A stretch of 36,646 bases of DNA from Catajapyx aquilonaris (lineage: Eukaryota). Location of the stretch: positions 1-36,646 of the forward strand of contig JYFJ02003900.1 of assembly GCA_000934665.2 (NCBI GenBank), written 5' to 3'. Below, piece by piece: positions 1 to 10,601 of this stretch (its first letter is position 1; each line of letters opens with the position of its first letter). The notes under the pieces are model-generated. The model saw only the letters and a list, made by a program, of their open reading frames with translations, did not search any database and was not told the DNA's origin. Made by a program: the position numbers and the translations under genes.

Positions 1-1144
1 TTTTTATTGTCGTGTAAGAAGGAGTTTAAAAACTTGTCACGGGGTTATATGATTAATTTGACATTTTTTGATCCCGAAATAATTTTAAAACAGCCAATTC
101 AGTAATTGTTTAATTGTTATTATGCCACAATGAGATATATTATGCACAATCGTTTTGGAATGCTCAGCTGAGACATTGTGGCATAATAACAATTAAACAA
201 TTACTGATTTGGCTGTTTTAAAATTATTTCGGGATCAAAAAATGTCAAATTAATCATATAACCCCGTGACAAGTTTTTAAACTCCTTCTTACACGACAAT
301 AAAAATTATCGAAAAATCGTGGAACCGACTCCTTTCTCAGAAGGGCCTAACATGCACAAAATGTTTTATGGTTGGCATATATCGTATTTATGTGCTCCAG
401 ATTTTGCGGAAATCTCGAGTAAACATTTCCGGTACAATTTCAAACGCCATTCAAAACAAATCGTTTGGGTAGATTAATGATGAATGCGAAAAGCATAATT
501 TAGGCCGCCATTTTTGATCCAAATTTTTTGATTTTATTAGGATGATGATAACCATCTGACAGAGCGTGAAAACACATTTACAATGCACATATCAAGTTTA
601 AGATTTAACCCGATCTTCTGGGTGTTATGGTCCTCCAACTGACAGCGTACAGGTCGAAAACGCGCGCCGGCTGCATTTTCGCCCTCTAGCGGGTCAGATT
701 CCAAAAAGCTCCTCCTAAACTCTTCGGAAATATGAAGCACACATTTCAAGGTTCATTTTGAGTGCCTTTCAAAAAATCTCAAAAATGGCCAACGTTAAGG
801 AATATTAAAATCAAAGTTTCGCCGCCATCTTGAAGTCAAAATTTTCTGCTTCCGGCGATTTCAATGCGATGTCATGAAAGGCCGTTAAAAGAGGTTCCGA
901 AATCACCCATCACATTTGGATTCACTTGAGGGGTTTAGAAGTTATGGGACTCCATTCAAAGCCCTAGCCGCGTAAAATGAGTGAAAAATCACAACTTACA
1001 CACCCTGTAGTTTCGCAACCACGTGAGACAGAGAGACAAAATCTGGGATTCTTACATATAAGCACTAGTACAACACACCTATGGAATTTGGTCGAAATCG
1101 TACGAGATTTGTCGGGGGGTGGTCGGCTTGATGTGGAATGCCTC
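1..1144. mobile_element. Foldback (long-TIR) non-autonomous DNA transposon, Sola2-like; centre and right arm only, left end lies upstream of window
   Basis: 1-132 is the reverse complement of 174-305 (one mismatch seen) around a 41-bp spacer; right end ...TTGATGTGGAATGCCTC (rc GAGGCATTCCACATCAA) resembles the terminus GGGTCATTCCATGTCAA of the 28665-30860 element; GRG termini fit Sola2. Confidence 0.65.
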
Positions 1145-1149
1145 ATATA

Positions 1150-2141
1150 CAGGGTGGACGGAAAGTTTCGGACCCCCCCCCCTCCCCCCCAGGTTTTTTA
1201 ACCCTACTTTTCACAGCGTCTTTTCACATCTTTTAAAAGTCCACAAGCAGTTCTAATGTACACTATCTTTTGAAGCATAATCTTGAGAACATCTGAGCAC
1301 CTTCGCTCTCGCAATTCCATTAATAACTTCGCCTCTGTGACTCATCTAAACATCCTATCTGTTTTGCGTTTATTTTGCTTGTTGCCTTGGAGGACACCTG
1401 GTCATATTCTGCGTCAGATAAGGTTTTTATGACCCTTTTCCATGAGTTCCCCTTCATGCAAATGTTGTGAACTCACTCCTGACCTTATTTTTCGCATTGG
1501 TCCATAACCTGGTCCAATAAAAATTTGAAAAGGAATGCATTACTTTCGAATTGGTACCATCACATTTGTCTCCATTTTTACTTTGAAATAATTTTTTGGT
1601 GGGAAAGGACAGTAAACAGTCCTACCTTGGTAAATTAATCAACATGACACATCCTTTCGTTCACATCCTTTCGCACCAAAAAATTATTTTAAAGTAAAAA
1701 TGGAGACAAATGTGATGGTACCAATGTGAGAATTCGAAAGTAATGCATCCGGGTCCGCCATTTAATTTCTTTTTCAAATTTTTATTGGACCAGGTTATGG
1801 ACCAATGCGAAAAATAAGGTCAGGAGTGAGTTCACAACATTTGCATGAAGGGCAACTCATGGAAAAGGGTCATTAAAACCTTATCTGACGCAGAATATGA
1901 CCAGGTGTCCTCCAAGGCAACAAGCAAAATAAACGCAAAACAGATAGGATGTTTAGATGAGTCACAGAGGCGAAGTTATTAATGGAATTGCGAGAGCGAA
2001 GGTGCTCAGATGTTCTCAAGATTATGCTTCAAAAGATAGTGTACATTAGAACTGCTTGTGGACTTTTAAAAGATGTGAAAAGACGCTGTGAAAAGTTGGG
2101 TTAAAAAACCTGGGGGGGTCCGAAACTTTCCGTCCACCCTG
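1150..2141. mobile_element. Tc1/mariner-type foldback MITE, ~460-bp arms
   Basis: Termini CAGGGTGGACGGAAAGTTTCGGACCCCC / GGGGGTCCGAAACTTTCCGTCCACCCTG, TA on both sides; arms ~1150-1608 and ~1667-2141 are near-identical reverse complements with a few indels. Confidence 0.9.
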
Positions 2142-2149
2142 TATATATA

Positions 2150-2586
2150 CAGGGTGTATCAAAACTCTACCATAAGCCATGTACCAATGGCATAAGGGGC
2201 ACCAGAGCATCATTATATGTAGAGGGGTCATCATGTCTAGGCAGCCACATCACGTAGATAATTGATCATTTGCGAAGTAGCGATTGCGCTTAAGCGTGAT
2301 TGTAGAATAGCAGTGCATCTGGGGGGAACTGCATTCTAAGAGCCCTTAGTGACTACCCCAATAGCAGTGTGGCAGTAGCCCCCCAGAAAATAGCTGCGAC
2401 TTCACCTGTGATGCGATTGGCGGCTGAAGGTTTGCATACCTGCCAGGATATTTTATACCTATTGGTTGAGGTCAATTATCTCGGTCATGCGGCGGCCCAG
2501 GCCTATGATTCCGATACTGTAAATGATCATCTGCTGACCATTACGCCATTGGCATATGGCTTATGGTAGAGTTTTGATACACCCTG
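2150..2586. mobile_element. Tc1/mariner-type MITE
   Basis: TIR CAGGGTGTATCAAAACTCTACCATAAGCCAT / ATGGCTTATGGTAGAGTTTTGATACACCCTG, TA TSD, no ORF. Confidence 0.9.
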
Positions 2587-2818
2587 TATATATTTTAAAT
2601 GGGATGTTATGCAGTAGGTTCTGAAGGGTTTCCAAGAGGGCATAGTGCCCTTTTTGAAACCAGCAGTGCAACTGAGGATTATGGTCATGCTCTAGATTAT
2701 CTATAATTACTGCAAACTCACAGTTAAGGGTCGGTGAGAGCTGCAAATTGATTCTGGTGATCCCGTTCACCCCGCGAATCAATTCGTGTTGTAGGCTAGT
2801 ATATATTAAAGCTTAAAG

Positions 2819-2925
2819 GTACTATATCGCCCAAAAAGATAGAGACGATTTTGCATTTGACTCAAGTGCAACTTGCACTTGAATCAAATGCCAAATCGTC
2901 TCTATCTTTTTGAGCGATATAGTAC
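2819..2925. repeat. ~107-bp near-perfect hairpin (probable mini-MITE)
   Basis: GTACTATATCGCCCAAAAAGATAGAGACGATTT...CAAGTGCAA CT TGCACTTG...AAATCGTCTCTATCTTTTTGAGCGATATAGTAC; essentially no spacer. Confidence 0.8.
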
Positions 2926-2946
2926 ATAAAAATATGTGGCGTGGTA

Positions 2947-3402
2947 CAGTGCCGTGCACAATAGCATATAACATGTGTAAACAACGACTTTGGCGTTACC
3001 TGGCAACTGGGCGTGTTCGGAAATCGGCATGTGGAGAGTGCTTAGCGTTCTTTCTGTCGTTGCCACTGTTTACACGTAGCGATTGATGCTGGGCGACCTA
3101 TAGCGAAGGGTGTGTGCATGCTTACCAATGCATGGAATCGGAATAAGAGGGCTGAGGGGATATTATTTTGAGAAGGCGCTTCGGTATTATCACACTGTCG
3201 TCACTGTCTTATTCCCACGATGATGGAATTACGGAATGGCCGGAAAGATGAGAGGGATGTTCTAGTTCACTACCTGTAAACAGTGGCAAAGACAGAAAGA
3301 ACTCTAAGCACTCTCTACATGGCGATGTCCGAACACGCCCAGTTGTCAGGTAACGCCAAAGTCGTTGTTTACACTTGTTATATGCTATTGTGCACAGCAC
3401 TG
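2947..3402. mobile_element. Tc1-like MITE with ~74-bp TIRs
   Basis: CAGTGCCGTGCACAATAGCATATAACA... / ...TGTTATATGCTATTGTGCACAGCACTG with TA flanks; CAGTG terminus typical of Tc1. Confidence 0.88.
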
Positions 3403-4540
3403 TACATGTGAAATTTTTGTGACGTGCAAACGTCAGGAAAAAAGAAGGAATGACAGAATGTTATTGAAGACACGAGGGCAGCTGACATGTTGCAGATATT
3501 ATTTGAATGTCTCAATCAAACGAGATGTGTAGCGATGTCTGCACAGGGACGTATGGAAGTTTTAGATAATAATAGCCTACTGTTTGTTTTTAAGAGGTGA
3601 AATCTTTCAAAGCTTATTCTCAGCGACACCAAAGTAAATGCCATAATCACATTCTCTCTAATATACCCTACGCATTTTCCTATAATACAAGTACATGACG
3701 CACCAAAATTGACCCTATAAAATAGTCTTCGCAACTGTTTTTGAATTGAACTTTTAAAACACTTTGTAAGCGCAACCTGCTACCTACAACAATATAATAT
3801 TGTGCAGCAGATATGGTGCAAGGCATGCTATCCAAAGTTCGATCAAGCCTTTCTACACTTTTATTGCGTTATTTGTTCTCTCGCCTATCTGTATAATATA
3901 TAGTAGTGTAGGCCTGTGTGACTCTATAGCACATGATACAATATCGCGTCATGGCAATCGCTCTGCTCACGTCAAAGTTCGTATGTGATATCCCCTCTCT
4001 TATCGCTCCGATAACCTATTGACATGTACATGATATAGAGAATAAGTTTATTTTCATATGCCTCTTTCTGTCCGTATACCGTAGATATTCTCGTTTTTTA
4101 GAGAAAAAAACTTAATTGGGCCAGACAGTGGACCTTGTCACTATCCAGTTACGTCATTGACATATACGATAAGGGCCGGATTCAAATGTGTCCGCACCCA
4201 TGCGCTGATCTGAATAAACACGCCATTTAGTGTCTTATCTCCCGTAGTGACTTGGAAAAGCGCTGAAAAGCTTGGTGTTTGTTAGCGGTACTGTAGTCTA
4301 TCAGCAGGCTACCAGTGAGTGAAAAGGGAGTGGGCCAGTCAGTCTAGCCAGACTGTTCTCCTACGAATGACTCCATATCACTTCCGGCACTCTTCAAGCA
4401 CGGCTTGTTAGTGACCCAAAAAATATTGGTGGTGATTGCTCAAAATCTACTTTTGTGTGGATTTTTTGAAATACTTTATATTTGTTTCGCTATGAACGGC
4501 GATCAGCGTTGAGAAGTGGACCTAATATCGTGTTTCGGGT

Positions 4541-7500
4541 ATGGAAATCGAGACCAGGGAAACGACTCCTTTTCTTCCCAGCAAGAAACCTGGTAGGCAC
4601 AATTTCATGATTCCTATTCTGTATATAACTTGCTGTATAAAGGTTTTTAAAGACATTGAAGCTGAATATATTGCAGGTTGGTTATTATGAATAGGTGACT
4701 TTGCCATTTAATTGATTTTCAAGCGATAATACTAAGTGCATACCTACTAAGTATAGTACTTCATGTACTTAATCAAGTCTACATACTAGTTCTTGTAATG
4801 CATGATTTTTATGCATATAGGCTAATATGCGACAAAAATGCTCAGAAAATTTCGACTTATAGAGAACAGAGTCCCATGTCATATGGGTATACGGTCTATC
4901 GCTTAAACTAAATATCCCATATGTGAATCATCACACAGAAAATGAGTATAAACTAATAGTGTGGATAAATAGAGCAGAATATAATTATATAGCACGATAA
5001 ATACGTAGAATATTCATACGGGGGCGAGTTCCTATCCCCATTTAACGTCTACTTTTTATGTGCAATGCCAAAACGATAGTGGGAAGCAATAGTCTGGAGA
5101 AAATCATGGAGAAAACTTTCCGTCCGACAAACCTAAGCATTGCCTTTAATGTCAATTGAAGGGACGAAGGCAAAAAATTAGCATCATATTCTGAATGGAT
5201 AAAGTGAGCTTAATCGAAGGGCGATGATTTCATCACACAATTGTTTAACACTTGCTTTATTTAGGGAAGCTGATTCTATACCATGCGTTTAACCATTGTG
5301 ATTCACCTTACGTTGGTATCGGTGAAAATGTGGCGGGCGCTCTTGTGTCAAGTGATAATCCTGAGCCCGCCAATTTGAGTCGATCAGATAAAGAAATATG
5401 CACACTCTACTCCGATCTACTATCACACCCCCCCCCTCCCACCCCCACCNCTCAGGAGGTCCACATGACTTTTGTGCGAACGCGACATTTCTCTGCCTGT
5501 ACGAAAGTAAGTTTAATGATGAAACACAGTGTATTGTAGCATTTTTAACCTGCACACTTTGCATCATAATGGTACTGTATAAGAGATAACACCGGCCTAT
5601 TACAGTTGATCCTGCTTGATGAATTAACAACATACTGTAAGCACGCCTGCATGACTTTATTAGATAAGTTTGATCCACTCCCGTGGGAAATGATTTGATG
5701 ACATGTTGGAGCCATCTAGACAGACTGGGCTGTTTTGGTGGAGGCACATTTTTCTCCTGACTGGAGCTCGATGACAACGAGCTTATCTGATTGATTAAAA
5801 CGATAAAAACTGTGCCTACACCGCATGAGCATGACTCAAAATTTCCAACACTCCTGTTACTCACCCTGCGTAAGGGCGTAAATATGGCCTAATTTTCGTT
5901 TTTGAATACCCTATAGCAGTACTTCCCAAACTGTGGGTCTCGACCCCATTTGGGGTCGCGACAATAATATTTGGCGTCTCGAGGGAGGGTTACAAATTAT
6001 TTTCACAAAATGATGCTAAATTTCTTGAAAATTATGACCATAAGGTAAGGTCATTTCACTGCGTTTACCTGTCTTTTCATGTCGGCGGATAGAAATGTGC
6101 ACATGTAGGGGGTCGCAAATTTTACGAGACGATTTTTTGGGGTCGCCAACGAAAGAAATTGGGAAGCACTGCCCTATAGTATGTTGTTGCTAGTGAGTGA
6201 AACGCCCAATAAGATTTATTAGGGACAACTATCTGTAGGTCATTGATAACATCGCCATAACACTTACTTAAAGCTTCTGCCTTTAAACTCAGTCAGTTAC
6301 ATGGTGTCAAAATTTATCAAAAAAAAATGGAAAAATAACTAAACAACAACAATGAATTCTGTCCACAACGGACCCTGGATTCAGCTAAAACATGTCCATT
6401 GTGGAATGTTTGTTTTGTCCTGGCAGAGAATTGCCAATACATTTCTGTCACGTAGCCTACCGTCCAGGACTGGGTCATACTTAGCCATGTGCGCTATCAG
6501 GCTGGTGATAGGCATGTGTTATGTCTAGATTGTGGTTGTTCGAGATTCACCAAGTTGTTTATGACTAGAAAGTTGTATTTGTATGTCTATGAGTCACTGA
6601 CTGTCATTTTTTGATAGGGAAAATAATGTCGCGATGTACGATGGTGTACAGAGTATGTTTAGTCAGATATACTGAATTAACGTTCATCTATTCATCATTC
6701 CGACTTGCAATAGTTACATTAATAGCCTATTATTATGCAGTTTGTACAAGTTTTAACTCACCCTATTCCTTAGTTTTATTTCTGCTAATTTGAATTTTCA
6801 ATTGGCACATTGCAGTAATGAACCTCGTAAACACACTGTAAACTGATGATACTGTTCAATTGGAGTATTGATATTTAAATTATACTGTGCCACTTATGAA
6901 GATGTGCCAAATAATTGCAGGTTGGGGTTACCGACATGTCGCCACCTTGTTCGTATTTCTTGCCGAGGCAGCAGGGTACCTTTTTCGGTCCAACTTGTCT
7001 GTCGCTATTGTGGCCATGGTCAACGACACCTCTGACAAGTTCCATGATGATGAAAGCTTTAGGCAAATCATAGTGGACATGCCCACCAACGTTACTGTAG
7101 AAAATGTTATTCAGCAGGTAATTTTCATTTTTGTACTGTATTAGAATTTCAATTCGTGCTCATTCTGAAGGATATACATTCACATATTTATCTCATTTGC
7201 AGAATGGAGAATTTTCGTGGAATCCTCAACAACAGGGTTACCTTCTAGGAGCTTTTTACTATGGTTATGTACTGACCACTACACCTGGAGGACTGTTTGT
7301 TACATGGTTTGGAGCCAAGTACTCAATAGTGCTGGCCGTTGGAATCACCTCATTAATGTCACTTATTACCCCAGTAGCAGTTCTCAAAGGGAACTTGCCA
7401 GCCTTTATAGTGGTGCGAATTATCCAAGGAGTAGTTCAGGTAACTGAATGTGGCTATTGCCTTTAATTACGTAACAATAACAATGGTATCTCTTTAGGGA

Positions 7501-9572
7501 GTCATTCATCCGGCTGCTATTGCCATATTGGCCAAGTGGATTCCCCCCGGGGAAAGAAGCATGTTAGCCGGGATTGCTACTTCAGGTTAATATTCACAAA
7601 ATTTACCACATTTGATAAACGGTAATCCGCTAAGTAAAAGACATCAGAATTTCATAACGTGGCTAATGGCCGGTTTCACCAAGCCCGGTTTTTATAAATG
7701 AAAACCGGGCTTGGTGAAACCGGCCATAGGTGTTAACTATATCAGACTAATACATTTAGTATGTATACTGATAACATGGCTTACAAATTTTGAATAGGAA
7801 CAACAGTGGGCATCATTCTTGCCATGTTTGTGAGTGGAAAACTTGCATCCAGCGAAGATATGGGTGGTTGGCAATCGGTGTTCTACGTATCTGGTGGATT
7901 TGGAATCATCTGCACTATCGGTTGTGCGGTATTTCTCTACGATTCGCCGCATTATCATCGCTGGATTACCAAGAAAGAGAAAGCTTATATCATCATGGAA
8001 TTGGATCTAACCGAGTATAAGAAGGTGGGTGAAATTCTGACATTTTTATATCGTCTTTTTCGATTAATACGCTCGTAATTGGGGCCCTATCGAAACAAAG
8101 AGATTGCACAAATTTCAGCATTGGTCCTGCATAATTTTGTTTAAAACTTGATTTTAACCCGCAAATCTCAACACTATTGTAAAAATTTACTGGATATCCT
8201 GCATAACGGATGACGTGTCTTTTCAGGAACCTCCATACCCGTGGATAAAACTTGCAACCTCTTTGCCTGCATGGGCTGTTATAATTGCTCAAATGGGACA
8301 TAGTTGGGCCCTGTACATGTTCCTGTCCGAGCTTCCCACCTTTCTCAAGACTATGTTGGATTTTGATGTCGATGAAGTGAGAACATGCACCTATTCTGAA
8401 AGATATCTAAAAATATATATTTAAACAAACACACACATACACGAGACTGCAGCTGGTATGCTAATCGCAGATTCTTCACCTTTCAGGCAGGTTACTTATC
8501 TGCTCTCGCATTCCTGAGCTTCTTTCTGGTGTCTGTTGTCTCATCCGTCACCGCCGACTTTTTGAGGTCAAGAGGTTGGATGACGACAACTGACACCCGC
8601 AAAATGTTCAACAGCATAGGTAGGCATGGAAATATCGAAACTCAACGCCTTTCCTATATAACTTTCTGTAGGAAAGTTCTCCGAAGAGCAGTAGTGTATG
8701 CAATTATTACGAGTTCCTTGTTTCTTCCACAGTGTTATTGCTATAAATGTAGGCTATCTGTTAATTTTCATTCCGGCCATGAATTGAGAGTGACTTGGCC
8801 TGAGATCAATAGTTGAATCCCTTTGACCGGCTTTCATAAAGGCCATTCGACCTTTTATTCATATTTTTGATAATGAGTCACTAACAATATTCGTTCCGAA
8901 GTAACTGCTTAAAAATAATCATATTAGTGCTGATCTTATGCAGATATAGAGCTACTCTATATCAGCTCTTGGACAATTTGTTGTTGTTGTCATAATTATG
9001 GAAGTCCCAGGATGATTACGAGAAAGTTGTTTTTACTGATGCAATAAGATAAGAATGTGTCTGCACTTTTGATTCCAGCCCATGTGGGAGCAGCCTTAGC
9101 AATGGTTGCTGCAATGTACGCAAAAAGTGACGCCACTGCGACAGTAAGTCTGCTGCTGGTGTCCGCGGGACTGTTAGGTGCAGCATTCGCCTCATTCATG
9201 GTCAACTGCATTGAGATTGCTCCCAATTTCGCCTCATTCATTTCTGGTGTTGCCAATGGCGTTGGGAATACTATGGGTTTTGTAGTTCCAGCTGTTGTTG
9301 GACAACTTACTTCAGTTGAGGCAAGTACACGCAGTTTTACGGAGGATACCCTGTAGTATGCCTACACGGTCATTTGATGATTATACTCACACTTTCGCAA
9401 TTTGTTTTAGAAATCAATTTCGCAGTGGCAAATTGCATTCTACATCACGGCTGGGGTGCTCGTTTGTGATAACTTATTTTACGTAACATTTGCATCAGGA
9501 GAAGAGCAATCGTGGAATGAGGATGTCGGATCTGGAGAGTCCGAGGCCAGTTGTGTTTCTTCTTTCTTGTGA
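4541..9572 (+). CDS. SLC17-family (anion:cation symporter, MFS) transporter, sialin-like / putative inorganic phosphate cotransporter, 495 aa, 9 exons
   Basis: Exons 4541-4592, 6921-7117, 7203-7439, 7498-7585, 7798-8024, 8227-8376, 8487-8619, 9079-9320, 9411-9572 join in frame (1488 nt). SLC17 motifs: YLFRSNLSVAIVAM, FSW...QGYLLGAFYYGY, RIIQG..QG..PA...LAKWIPPGERS, GWQSVFY, YDSP..HRWI, PW...LPAWAVIIAQMGHSW, LPTFL, TTTDTRKMFN, EIAPNFA, WQIAFYI, FASGEEQSW. Exon 1 is supported only by phase and donor site; exact orthologue not assignable. Confidence 0.92.
5917..6171. mobile_element. hAT (Charlie/Buster-like) MITE in SLC17 intron 1
   Basis: Perfect 8-bp TSD CCCTATAG (5909-5916, 6172-6179; central TA); TIR CAGTACTTCCCAA / TTGGGAAGCACTG; repeated subterminal GGGGTCGC motifs. 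Confidence 0.9.
7666..7727. repeat. 62-bp perfect hairpin in SLC17 intron 4 (possibly Harbinger-derived)
   Basis: 27-bp arms ATGGCCGGTTTCACCAAGCCCGGTTTT / AAAACCGGGCTTGGTGAAACCGGCCAT, 8-nt loop. Confidence 0.8.
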
Positions 9573-10244
9573 TCGTCACATGTTGGCAGTACTTACAGCT
9601 TTCATTCATTATAATCCCTCTCTTTGCAGGCATCGGCTAGATCAGTGCTGACAAGAGGAATCTCTATTCCGTAATGCATCCAAACGAGCAATAATGCAGT
9701 TGGAATTTGCTGCTTGGTAATCCGTGTACGGGATAAAGTTACTCATTCCGCCTGCAGCAATTCTCAGTTCACTCAGGGTTTTAGTCTATACCTAATTAAA
9801 AAGTTCAACTTTTGTATCATTCAAATGGGTTCAAATGTGACACAGTTATAATAATTATTAAAGTGCAATATTCATTGTTATGAGGCTAGTGGTTAGCTGC
9901 ATTATGTGATATCTATGGGCTGCTGCATTATAGATTCGGCTAAAGTTTTGAAATTTTATTTTCATTCGCAGGTGATGGTTCTCGATCCGGATTGCTGTGG
10001 ATTATCTAGTCATCAACTAAGCCTTTTACACGTCATATCTTTTATACTTGTCTCATAAGACATTGATAAAACCAGAGATAAAGCAAGGGATCTTTTGTAA
10101 AGTGCAAAATGGCTATTCTGTGATCTATGTAGTAATCAAAATTTACTTTCTAGGACACTTAGTAATTAAATACAGTGTAACATACGAATTTACTTCGGAA
10201 ATACCCTAATTTAGTATTACAGATTTCGGTGGTGTCCCCCAGCA

Positions 10245-10316
10245 GTCTCCGTAGTTCAGTGGCAGAACACATGCTCATTAAGAGCGTGGACCTGGGTTCA
10301 ATTCCCAGCGGAGGCA
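10245..10316 (+). mobile_element. tRNA-like sequence: probable tRNA-derived SINE head or tRNA pseudogene
   Basis: Pol III A box TAGTTCAGTGG and B box GGTTCAATTCC; acceptor stem GTCTCCG/CGGAGGC, D stem GTTC/GAAC, T stem CTGGG/CCCAG; anticodon arm non-canonical; no T-run terminator right after. Confidence 0.6.
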
Positions 10317-10601
10317 AATAGGGGACTCAAATTTAACTCGAGTTACTCGCATGGCATGCAAAATTTGGTTACATTACCCACATCGCTCTCTCTCCCCCCC
10401 CCCCCCCCCNCCCCCCTTCGAGTCCTCAGAATCACACTGAAAAGTGTGCATTATTCACAGCATGGTTAAGTGACATGTTCTGTAGCAGGTGATGCCGAGA
10501 AAATTTCCTGTAATATACGAAAATGGTACACTGTAGTCAAAGCCGAATACATTTTCAAAAGCATTGTTTATAAACGTAACTTTACATGTAATAAATGCAG
10601 A

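Noticed and set aside
5690..5795. Possible box C/D snoRNA (TGATGA...CTGA...CGATGA...CTGA)
   Set aside because: No convincing terminal stem and no clear 10+ nt rRNA complement that I can verify; would need snoscan.
5289..5864. 191-aa minus-strand ORF in SLC17 intron 1
   Set aside because: No recognisable domain, spans an N in a C-run, no supporting splice structure.
9546..9674. Possible extra terminal SLC17 exon after acceptor CTCTTTGCAG (~9629)
   Set aside because: No good donor; the preceding exon already ends in an in-frame stop at 9572.
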